Of a stretch of DNA of 64,000 nucleotides, positions 7,550 to 15,212 are shown one piece after another. Made by a program: the position numbers and the translations under genes. Position 1 is the stretch's first letter, and each line of letters opens with the position of its first letter. Below the pieces are notes generated by a model, which made no database searches, was not told the DNA's origin, and saw only the letters and a list, made by a program, of their open reading frames with translations. The stretch comes from an uncultured Clostridia bacterium (GTDB lineage: Bacteria; Bacillota; Clostridia; Oscillospirales; Ruminococcaceae): positions 24,108 through 88,107 of the forward strand of contig CANQYD010000003.1 of the NCBI GenBank assembly GCA_947627985.1, read 5' to 3'.

Positions 7550-7874
7550 AAAGCCGGAGGGGGGTTGGGGGGACCCCGCAGGGGTGCCCCACAGCACGGA
7601 AAGGGGTAAGCAGAAGCTGGTTTTGTACCTGCTCGACTGCCCTCGGCGGAAACGCTCGCCTCGGTTGTCTCGCAGACAAAACCCCGCGTCTGCGGGAAAA
7701 CCCCGCAGGGGTTGTCCCCAGCACAACTAATACGTTGTGCGAGACCTAAGACTAAAACATTTTTACAAGGTCAGGACGTGAAGCCGGAGGGGCGTGGGGA
7801 ACCCCGCAGGGGTGCCCCACAGTGCCGAGCGAAGCGAGGCACCCCCCATTCCCCCACTTTTCTTCAAATCCCTC

Positions 7875-7903
7875 TTGAATTTTCCGATTTAGCGTAGTAT
7901 AAT
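7875..7903 (+). promoter_or_regulatory. Promoter of ilvE
   Basis: TTGAAT 7875-7880, 17-nt spacer, TATAAT 7898-7903. Confidence 0.65.
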
Positions 7904-7941
7904 AATTTTATATTCCATCTTATTAAAAGGAGCAGATCAAA

Positions 7942-9009
7942 ATGCTTGACATCAAAATTCAGAAAACAACGGAGCCCAAGCCGATCCCGAAAAAGGGCGA
8001 ACCCTTAGGCTTCGGACACATCTTCACCGACCACATGTTCATCATGAACTACACCGAGGGCAAGGGCTGGCATGACCCGAGGATAGTCCCGTTCGGAGAC
8101 ATCACCCTGAGCCCCGCCGCAATGGTGCTGCACTACGGTCAGGAGATGTTCGAGGGCTTGAAAGCCTACAGAGGCGAGAGCGGCGACGTCTACCTCTTCC
8201 GCCCGGATATGAACGCTAAGCGCGCCAATAACTCCAACGACCGCCTTTGCATTCCCCATATCCCCGAGGAGGATTTTGTTCAGGCGGTCAAAGCCGTCGT
8301 CGATGTCGATCGCGACTGGGTGCCGTATGAGGAGGGGACTTCCCTCTATATCCGTCCGTTCGTGATCTCGACCGATCCCCACCTCGGCGTGGCGCCGTCC
8401 AAGACGTATCTGTTCATCATCATTCTCTCTCCGTCGGGAGCATATTATGAGAGCGGTCTTGCGCCGGTCGGAATCTGGATCGAGGACGAATATGTAAGAG
8501 CCGTCCGCGGAGGTATGGGTTATGCCAAGACCGGCGGTAACTATGCCGCGTCGCTGGCAGCGCAGGTAAAGGCGCATGACAGCGGCTATTCCCAGGCGCT
8601 TTGGCTCGACGGCGTTGAGAGAAAATATATTGAGGAAGTCGGATCGATGAACATCATGTTCAAGATATCCGGAAAAGTCGTCACCCCGATGCTCAACGGC
8701 TCGATCCTCCCGGGAATCACGAGAAATTCCATCATTCACCTCTGCAAGGACTGGGGATATGAGGTCGAGGAGAGGAGGATTTCGGTCGACGAGCTGATCG
8801 AAGCCGCAAGAAAAGGCACTTTGGAGGAGGTCTTCGGCACCGGAACCGCCGCGGTCGTCTCGCCTGTCGGAAAGCTCAGGTACAAGGACGAGGTAATCGA
8901 GATCGGCGGGGGCAAGATCGGTGAACTCACGCAGAAGCTCTATGACGAGCTGACGGGTATCCAGTGGGGCAAGAAGCCCGATCCCTACGGTTGGAGAGTC
9001 ACGGTCTGA
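7942..9009 (+). CDS. ilvE: Branched-chain amino acid aminotransferase
   Basis: 355 aa; [35 protein letters not shown] motifs of class IV BCAT. Confidence 0.9.
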   Translation: MLDIKIQKTTEPKPIPKKGEPLGFGHIFTDHMFIMNYTEGKGWHDPRIVPFGDITLSPAAMVLHYGQEMFEGLKAYRGESGDVYLFRPDMNAKRANNSNDRLCIPHIPEEDFVQAVKAVVDVDRDWVPYEEGTSLYIRPFVISTDPHLGVAPSKTYLFIIILSPSGAYYESGLAPVGIWIEDEYVRAVRGGMGYAKTGGNYAASLAAQVKAHDSGYSQALWLDGVERKYIEEVGSMNIMFKISGKVVTPMLNGSILPGITRNSIIHLCKDWGYEVEERRISVDELIEAARKGTLEEVFGTGTAAVVSPVGKLRYKDEVIEIGGGKIGELTQKLYDELTGIQWGKKPDPYGWRVTV

Positions 9010-9037
9010 CCGGCTGAGGCATACATAATGAAAAGAA

Positions 9038-9069
9038 CCGATCGCTTCTTTTGAGGCGGTCGGCTTTTT
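9038..9069 (+). terminator. Intrinsic terminator of ilvE
   Basis: CCGATCGC..GCGGTCGG stem followed by CTTTTT. Confidence 0.7.
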
Positions 9070-9470
9070 AGGGGGTAGAGGGTAGAAGATGGAGGGGAGA
9101 GTGTTAGATTGGGGGTGAGGGAGGGCTCTAAGGTGGGGAAAGAGGAATTATGTTTGCGGAGATTCTTTGGGAAAAGGTGCTTAGTATCTTACTTTGCTAA
9201 TATGTACTTAGTGTACGATTTAAAAGAAAACCCGCCTTGCCCGATCCTTTGTTAAAAGGTATTCGTGATGTCCTGTATTTAACTCCCAGACCCACCGCGC
9301 CCTTTGGTAAAAGGTATTCGTTCATTTTCCCGGTGGAAAATGAACTCATGCTATTTGAAGTAGACCCCTCCCCCGGCATACCTTGCGCAAAGCTATAAGT
9401 AAAGCGAGCCCCCTCCCCCTAAAAAGGGGGAGGGGGCTCGGGGTAGGGGTATGAAAAATCAGCAGAAAGC
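9060..9470 (+). repeat. Partial Type I mosaic (G-rich heptamer-complement tract, G module x1.5, F module)
   Basis: GTTAAAAGGTATTCG.. at 9251 and 9306. Hairpin GTTCATTTTCC-CGGT-GGAAAATGAAC at 9320-9345. F/G4 at 9408-9449. Matches 12975-13128 and 45405-45557. Confidence 0.8.
9426..9449 (+). other. G-quadruplex motif
   Basis: GGGGG A GGGGG CTC GGGG TA GGGG preceded by complementary CCCCCTCCCCC. Confidence 0.65.
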
Positions 9471-9569
9471 ATTCTGCCTCAATCATAGGTTGTAATTAGA
9501 TGGAAGGCTTGCTTCAGGGCTTGGCGCCCCTGCCGACCCTCGATAGAAGCAGTAGGCAAAAGATAAAAA

Positions 9570-9604
9570 TCTGACCTCTGACTTCTAACCTCTGTCCTCT
9601 GTGC
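9570..9604 (+). repeat. CT-rich heptamer array (5 units)
   Basis: TCTGACC TCTGACT TCTAACC TCTGTCC TCTGTGC. Confidence 0.8.
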
Positions 9605-9611
9605 GACCAAC

Positions 9612-9704
9612 GGGAGCACGGGGCGAAGCCCCGCTGCCGCAGGCAGCGCGCCGACGCTTCGCGTCGGCGGTGCGACTTCGTCGCACGGGCTTCGCCCTGC
9701 TCCC
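9612..9704 (+). repeat. Clamped triple-hairpin module with extra outer stem
   Basis: GGGAGCA (9612) / TGCTCCC (9698). Clamp GGGCGAAGCCC 9621-9631 / GGGCTTCGCCC 9687-9697. Hairpins GCTGCC-GCA-GGCAGC, CGCCGACGC-TTC-GCGTCGGCG, GTGCGAC-TTC-GTCGCAC. Confidence 0.85.
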
Positions 9705-9865
9705 CGCCCGCACCTTTTTACAGACTCCGGTAGTCGCACCCCCACGCACCCCCCGCTTCCCTCTCTCGCCCCTCTCAGAACCACTCGGCGCAAGCTGCAC
9801 CCCTTGCCGCTCCCTTCATTCCCCGCAAAGCAAAACCCCGTCGCAGATAACCTCAAGCCACAACC

Positions 9866-9900
9866 TCTACCCTCTATCCTCTCCCCTCCATCATCTAACC
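9866..9900 (+). repeat. CT-rich heptamer array abutting a -35 box
   Basis: TCTACCC TCTATCC TCTCCCC TCCATCA TCTAACC, ends 1 nt before TTGACA 9902. Confidence 0.75.
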
Positions 9901-9901
9901 A

Positions 9902-9930
9902 TTGACAAATCCTCACATCTGCAGTAAAAT
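9902..9930 (+). promoter_or_regulatory. Promoter of GH5 gene
   Basis: TTGACA 9902-9907, 17-nt spacer, TAAAAT 9925-9930. Confidence 0.7.
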
Positions 9931-9957
9931 AATCATATATAACTTCGGAGGTGCAAC

Positions 9958-11364
9958 ATGAAAAAACTTATCGCAATCCTGCTAACGGCGGCCATGCTGC
10001 TTTCAGCTCTTCCGACGGCTGTTTTTGCCGACGGCGGCTTCGGTCTCAAAGCCGATTCCGACGGCACTGCCGTCACTCTATCGTGGGAAAAAGTCCCGGG
10101 CGCCGGAAGCTACACCGTCTATTACAACAGAAGCGGCGCAAAGCCCAAATCCCTCGGCAGCTTTAAATCGCTAAAACTCAAAGTCAACGGGCTCAAATCC
10201 GGCGTTTCCTATTCCTTTAAGGTCGTGTCGGATAACGGTTTCGAGACCGATGACCTCAGCATAACCCCCGAGACCGGCAAGAAAAAATCCGTCGAAAAAT
10301 ATCCCGAAAAAGAGGAATTTGAGACCGGAAAAGAAGCTGCGGAAGAATTCGGAGCCGGATACAACATCGGCAACGCCTTCGACTCCATCGATTCGAGCAA
10401 GCCGACCATGATGAACGAGCCGCTTGACCGCCTCGAGACCGCTTGGGGCAACCCCGTCATCAACGAGGATTACATCAAGGGGATCAAAAAAGCCGGCTTC
10501 GGCGCGGTCCGTCTTCCGGTGACATGGGGGAAAGCCGCAGATTCCGAGGGCAACGTCAGAAAGGACTACCTCGACCGCATTCAGGAGGTCGTCGATATGA
10601 TCCTTGAGGAGGATATGTACTGCATCATCAACGTCCACCACGACACCGGTTCCGACGGCTGGATCAGAGCTTCCGACAGCTCGTTCGGAAAGTACGGCGA
10701 CCGCTTCGGCAAAATCTGGGAACAGGTTGCCGAGAAGTTTAAGGATTACGGCGAAAAACTGCTCTTTGAGTGCATGAACGAGACCTTAAACGACAACGGC
10801 GAGTGGTATACCGATAAAAAAGCGGACTTCGACGCCATCAAAAAATGGCAGAAAGTTTTTGTGGATACCGTGCGCGCCTCGGGCGGCAACAATGAGCAGA
10901 GAAATCTGATCCTCTCGACCTACGCTGCTTCCTCGTCGTCGGGGATCATCAACGCCTTCGAGCTTCCCTCAAAAGTCGAGCCGGAGCACATCGTCTTAGA
11001 GGTCCACAACTACGATCCGCAGGGGTTCTCGTGGAGAGACGTCGGATACGACACCGAGAGGAGCAGCTGGGGCACCTCTCAGGATAAAAAACAGGTCGAC
11101 GACTTCCTCTACACCTTAAGTAAAAAGGCGGATTCGCTCGGCGTCGGAGCGATCGTCGGCGAATTCGGCTCGGTAGACAAGAGTAACGAATCAGAGCGCG
11201 CAAAGCAGGCGGAATATATGTATAAAAACGCCCATAAATACGGCGTCGCGGTATTCTGGTGGGACAACGGCTCGGCTAACGATTTCAGGATTTTTGACCG
11301 CACAAACGGCAAGGCGACGATGCCGAAGATCGTAAAAGCAATAGTAAACGCCGTAGATGATTAA
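9958..11364 (+). CDS. Secreted GH5 endoglucanase/cellulase with N-terminal Fn3-like domain
   Basis: Signal peptide MKKLIAILLTAAMLLSALPTAVFA; GYNIGNAFD, VRLPVTW, IINVHHD, ECMNE (acid/base), HNYDP, GEFG (nucleophile). Confidence 0.85.
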   Translation: MKKLIAILLTAAMLLSALPTAVFADGGFGLKADSDGTAVTLSWEKVPGAGSYTVYYNRSGAKPKSLGSFKSLKLKVNGLKSGVSYSFKVVSDNGFETDDLSITPETGKKKSVEKYPEKEEFETGKEAAEEFGAGYNIGNAFDSIDSSKPTMMNEPLDRLETAWGNPVINEDYIKGIKKAGFGAVRLPVTWGKAADSEGNVRKDYLDRIQEVVDMILEEDMYCIINVHHDTGSDGWIRASDSSFGKYGDRFGKIWEQVAEKFKDYGEKLLFECMNETLNDNGEWYTDKKADFDAIKKWQKVFVDTVRASGGNNEQRNLILSTYAASSSSGIINAFELPSKVEPEHIVLEVHNYDPQGFSWRDVGYDTERSSWGTSQDKKQVDDFLYTLSKKADSLGVGAIVGEFGSVDKSNESERAKQAEYMYKNAHKYGVAVFWWDNGSANDFRIFDRTNGKATMPKIVKAIVNAVDD

Positions 11365-11500
11365 AAACCTTGCGTGAAATCATAAAAATCTGCCATCAAG
11401 GAATTTCGCGGGGGGGGGGTACTTGATAGTTAATGATAAATGTGATATCGTAAAATCAAGGACAGTATTGTCTGAATGAAATTACAGGAGGTCATTTATC

Positions 11501-12211
11501 ATGACTAAGAAGATTCTTGCTGCCATCGTCGCAGTGATGATGGTACTCGCACTCAGCGTCACCGCTTTTGCCGCGTCTATCGACCTCGTCGATGGCTGCG
11601 TTGCCAACAATGACGGCGAATTCGTCGTTGCCGACGGTTCCGTAACTTCCAGCGGCACCAGCTTCAGCGTTAAGCTTGCCGAGGCTGTTCCGGACGGAGA
11701 CACCGTTACCGTTCACATCAAGGGCTCTTCCGACGGCGACTTCAGAGTATGGCTTGCCGCAGGTACTGCCACCTTCTCCAACGAGCCTCTTTGGAAGGCT
11801 TCCGAGCAGGGCGTCACCACTCCCGGCGAGTTCGACGTCACCTTTGATCTTACCGCTTTCCCGAAGGACGGAACCGGCACTGCCGCAGACTGCATCATGT
11901 TCAAGGCTCCTTCCTACGACTCCAAGCTCTCCAACTTCAAGCTGACCTTCCTCTCCATCAATGGCGACGAGGCTCCTGCTGCCGAGGCTGAGGCTGAGGA
12001 AGCTCCCGCCGAGGCTGAGGCTGAAGCCGAGCCCGAGGAAGCTCCCGCTGAGGCTGCCGAGGAGACCACTGCTGAGGCTCCCGCAGAGGCTGAGACCACT
12101 GCCGAGGCTCCTGCCGAGACCGAGACCAAGGCTCCTGCCACCGGTCTTGCCCTCGCCGTAGTTCCCGCAGTCATGGCTCTTGCTGCCGTTGCAGTTTCCA
12201 AGAAGCACTGA
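11501..12211 (+). CDS. Small secreted surface protein, paralog 1 (signal peptide, beta-rich domain, EAPAE linker, PxTG-type C-terminal sorting signal)
   Basis: MTKKILAAIVAVMMVLALSVTAFA ... ETKAPATGLALAVVPAVMALAAVAVSKKH. Confidence 0.85.
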   Translation: MTKKILAAIVAVMMVLALSVTAFAASIDLVDGCVANNDGEFVVADGSVTSSGTSFSVKLAEAVPDGDTVTVHIKGSSDGDFRVWLAAGTATFSNEPLWKASEQGVTTPGEFDVTFDLTAFPKDGTGTAADCIMFKAPSYDSKLSNFKLTFLSINGDEAPAAEAEAEEAPAEAEAEAEPEEAPAEAAEETTAEAPAEAETTAEAPAETETKAPATGLALAVVPAVMALAAVAVSKKH

Positions 12212-12257
12212 TTTTAACGACAGGCGATAACAGAAAATAAGTCGTAAAAAACTTCCG

Positions 12258-12292
12258 GAAAGGACCCCCGCGCAGGGGGTTCTTTCTTTTTA
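12258..12292 (+). terminator. Intrinsic terminator of paralog 1
   Basis: 12-bp stem GAAAGGACCCCC / GGGGGTTCTTTC, loop GCGCA, then TTTTT. Confidence 0.8.
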
Positions 12293-12839
12293 GGGGTTAG
12301 GGGATAGATGATTAGAGGATAGAGATATGCGACAGGGCTTGCGGGACAAAGCGGGGTCTGAGGGGAGGGGGAGGACAGGATCTTCGTCTTCCCCGAGTTG
12401 AGACAAGGCAAAAAGGTTTTGCCCCGCTTTTCCTCAAAAAGCGGGCGGGGTCGAGGGGCGGCGCCCCTCGTCGCCCGTCGCAACGGGCGAAATACTTTAA
12501 GCAAGAGGACGCTGTAAAGCGTCGTCTTGCTTTTATCGTTCAAAAGAGGGCGACGAAGTCGCCCGAGAGCCGGAGGGGTGTCAGCAGAAGCTGGTTTTGT
12601 AACCAATCGCACTTCGCAATCGTAAACGATTGATTGCTCGTGCTCTTGGACAAAACCCCGCGTCTGCGGGAACCCCGCAGGGGTGCCCCACAGCCGGAGG
12701 GAGTATGGGGGAACCCTTGCAAAGGGATCCCCCAACAAAAACCGGCGACGAAGTCGCCCGGAGCCGCGCGAAGCGAGGCTCGAGCCCCCTCTCCCTTGGG
12801 AGAGGGGGTTGGGGGTGAGGGTGAAAGCCCCTCCCCACC

Positions 12840-12859
12840 GGGGAGGGGCTGGGGAGGGG
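12840..12859 (+). other. Canonical G-quadruplex motif
   Basis: GGGG A GGGG CT GGGG A GGGG after CCCCTCCCC-ACC. Confidence 0.7.
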
Positions 12860-13102
12860 AAAGCCCGGAAAGGGGGCTTGGGGAAAACCCTGCAAGGGTT
12901 GTCCCCAACATAGTAGCAGCGTAGAAGGACTTATATAACGTCTTAAATATAAATATAGTAGTCCCCGCCCTCTCCTACCCCTTGTTAAAAGGTATTCGTT
13001 CATTTTCCCGCCGGAAAATGAACTCATGCTATTTTAAGCAGACCCCCACCCCCATCGAAATCTGTGCAGACTTATAGTAGAGCGGAGCCCCCTCCCCTAA
13101 AA

Positions 13103-13128
13103 GGGGGGAGGGGGCTTGGGGGTGGGGG
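13103..13128 (+). other. G-quadruplex motif
   Basis: GGGGGG A GGGGG CTT GGGGG T GGGGG after CCCCCTCCCC-TAAAA. Confidence 0.7.
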
Positions 13129-13506
13129 TAAAAGCCGGAGGGGTGTGGGGAACCCCGCAGGGGTGCCCCACTGAGCCCCCTCTCCCTTGGGAGAGGGGCA
13201 AGAGCCGGGGGGCGTGGGGAACCCCGTAGGGGTGCCCCACAGTTGTTGAGCAGAGAGAAAAGATAGTAGCAGAAGATTACCTTTAAGTTTAGGAAAGGGG
13301 GGCTTAGGGGGAAAACCCTTTCCAAAAGGGCTTTTCCCCTCATAAGTCAGAGCCGAATTTTAAAAAATCAGAGCTAACAATTGCCGATTTAAATCGTTAA
13401 ATCTACTACGACGCTCCACTTTGCCCGCATACCCCATTTGAATAGTCCCCCATAATCCCCACCCTCACAATAAATCAAAAAATCCACCCCAAAATGCAAA
13501 AAGCTA

Positions 13507-13535
13507 TTGACAACCCGGAAAATCTGTATTATAAT
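13507..13535 (+). promoter_or_regulatory. Promoter of paralog 2
   Basis: TTGACA 13507-13512, 17-nt spacer, TATAAT 13530-13535. Confidence 0.75.
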
Positions 13536-13588
13536 AACAGTGTAGCTTGCGGGAAACCGCACTAACAAATGAAAACGGAGGATTTTTT

Positions 13589-14128
13589 ATGAAAAAGATT
13601 TTAGCTGTTATCGTAGCCGTCATGATGGCTATGACTCTCGTTATGAGCGTGTCAGCCGACGAGTATGCAGGCGAGGTCCCTGCCGGTTCCGAGTGGTGGT
13701 ATGAGGTCATGATCAAGGACATCATTCCGCTTGAGAACCTTGAGGGTCACTCTTCCATCACTTTCGGCTGCGACTGCAACTTCGCTGCCGGTTATAACGA
13801 AGGCGACACTTGGATTCAGAGAACCGACCTGAGCACCGAGCCCATCACCATCGATCTTACTACCGCTACCATCAACGACGATTCCAAGATCATGCTCCAG
13901 AAGGGCTCTGCCGGTGCTTTCACCATCACCTACACTCTTGATGACGGCGCTGCCGCTCCTGCCGAAGAGACCCCTGCCGAGGCTCCTGCTGAGACCGAAG
14001 CTGAGGCTCCCGCCGCTGAGGAGACTCCCGCCGAGACTGAGACCAAGGCTCCTGCTACCGGTCTTGCCCTCGCTGTAGTTCCCGCCGTCGTGGCTCTTGC
14101 CGCTGTCGCGGTTTCCAAGAAGCACTAA
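13589..14128 (+). CDS. Small secreted surface protein, paralog 2
   Basis: ORF 13547 trimmed to ATG 13589 (GGAGGA upstream); MKKILAVIVAVMMAM.. ; C-terminus ETKAPATGLALAVVPAVVALAAVAVSKKH. Confidence 0.85.
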   Translation: MKKILAVIVAVMMAMTLVMSVSADEYAGEVPAGSEWWYEVMIKDIIPLENLEGHSSITFGCDCNFAAGYNEGDTWIQRTDLSTEPITIDLTTATINDDSKIMLQKGSAGAFTITYTLDDGAAAPAEETPAEAPAETEAEAPAAEETPAETETKAPATGLALAVVPAVVALAAVAVSKKH

Positions 14129-14140
14129 TCAAAAACCGAG

Positions 14141-14170
14141 GAAAGCTCCCGCCCGGGGGCTTTCTTTTTT
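14141..14170 (+). terminator. Intrinsic terminator of paralog 2
   Basis: GAAAGC..GCTTTC stem with GC-rich interior followed by TTTTTT. Confidence 0.75.
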
Positions 14171-14214
14171 ATGATAATCGGTCAAAACTTTGATACCGAA
14201 AATTCAAAAATCTA

Positions 14215-14243
14215 TTGACTTTCTTTTATAGATGTATTATAAT
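14215..14243 (+). promoter_or_regulatory. Promoter of paralog 3
   Basis: TTGACT 14215-14220, 17-nt spacer, TATAAT 14238-14243. Confidence 0.75.
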
Positions 14244-14297
14244 GTTTTCATAGATGCGGTACGCCGCACTAAAAGATGAAATATGGAGGAAATTACC

Positions 14298-14951
14298 ATG
14301 AAGAAAATTCTTGCAATTGCCATAGCCGTCGTTATGGTTATGGCGCTCGCAGTCACCGCTTCCGCAGAGACTATTTACGAGTACACTTCCCCGGTCAAGG
14401 TCGCTTTCGGCTGGACCACCCTTATCCAGAACGGCGACGCCAACGCCACCGACTTCTTTAAGGCGATCGGCACCGAGGGCGCTGTCATCGAGATGATCGC
14501 TACCGACCTTGTCGACGGCGACAGACAGGCTGAGGTCGTTGACGCTTGGTTCCAGATCTGCACTCAGGACACCGTAGGTTGGACTGAGGCTGGCGGTCTC
14601 AAGACCGAGGGTATCGGCGAGACCTACGGCTTCACCGATGAAGGTTATGTCATCACCATTCCCGCCGCAGCTTTCAACGAGATGGTCGTAAACAGCGGCG
14701 TTGATCCCGCCAACCTCTCCATCATTCTCAACGCCGGCGGTTCTTGGGCTAAGTCCGCTTCCAAGATCATTCTGAGAGTTTCCGTTCCCGACGAAGCCGC
14801 CGAGGCTCCCGCAGAAGAGACTCCCGCCGAGGAAGCTCCCGAAGAAGCTCCCGCCGAGACCGAGACCAAGGCTCCTTCCACCGGTATCGCGCTTGCTGTA
14901 ATTCCCGCCGTCATGGCTCTTGCAGCTGTTGCCGTTTCCAAGAAGCACTAA
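14298..14951 (+). CDS. Small secreted surface protein, paralog 3
   Basis: ORF 14283 trimmed to ATG 14298 (GGAGGA upstream); MKKILAIAIAVVMVMALAVTASA; C-terminus ETKAPSTGIALAVIPAVMALAAVAVSKKH. Confidence 0.85.
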   Translation: MKKILAIAIAVVMVMALAVTASAETIYEYTSPVKVAFGWTTLIQNGDANATDFFKAIGTEGAVIEMIATDLVDGDRQAEVVDAWFQICTQDTVGWTEAGGLKTEGIGETYGFTDEGYVITIPAAAFNEMVVNSGVDPANLSIILNAGGSWAKSASKIILRVSVPDEAAEAPAEETPAEEAPEEAPAETETKAPSTGIALAVIPAVMALAAVAVSKKH

Positions 14952-14989
14952 GCGAATAGCCGCGGATAATATCCAAAAAATGCAAATTT

Positions 14990-15022
14990 CGGGGAAGATT
15001 TCGGTCTTCCCCGTGATTTTTA
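14990..15022 (+). terminator. Intrinsic terminator of paralog 3
   Basis: CGGGGAAGA / TCTTCCCCG stem then TGATTTTT. Confidence 0.75.
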
Positions 15023-15125
15023 TCCATGATCTTCCAAACTTTCTTCCTGATAATGCCGAGATTTCTTCATTTTGCATAAATCGATGATAAAATTTTGGCT
15101 AAACTGCTATAAATCATGAAAACAC

Positions 15126-15154
15126 TTGACTTTGCGGGCAAAATGTGAGAAAAT
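15126..15154 (+). promoter_or_regulatory. Probable promoter of paralog 4
   Basis: TTGACT 15126-15131, 17-nt spacer, GAAAAT 15149-15154 (weaker -10). Confidence 0.5.
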
Positions 15155-15212
15155 ACAATTATGGTTACGCTGACAAATAGCGCGACTAATTAAAGTTATG
15201 GAGGAATATTTT

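Larger units (their letters stand above)
7080..7860 (+). repeat. Type I mosaic hairpin element with internal ~118-nt block duplication
   Basis: E 7085-7212, B 7224-7238, A 7240-7281. Block AGCCGAGCGAAGCGAGGCTC..GGAAAGGGGTA at 7282-7400 repeated at 7491-7608. D-like 7609-7700, A 7780-7822. Confidence 0.9.
9500..9900 (+). repeat. Type II repeat, single unit plus C-run tail
   Basis: CAGGGCTTGGCGCCCCTGCCG..AAAGATAAAAATCTG aligns to 36-92 and 51249-51306; followed by heptamers, GTGCGACC, module. Confidence 0.85.
12293..13345 (+). repeat. Type I mosaic element, longest copy (~1 kb)
   Basis: E 12400-12538, B 12549-12563 and 12744-12758, D 12585-12660, A 12672-12700, F x3, G module 12975-13050, A 13131-13170 and 13205-13245. 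Confidence 0.9.

Noticed and set aside
11365-11500. Promoter for paralog 1 (TTGATA 11423 .. TATCGT)
   Set aside because: The -10 is poor and the alternatives are equally weak. I did not list it as a feature, and paralog 1 may be read through from the GH5 gene.
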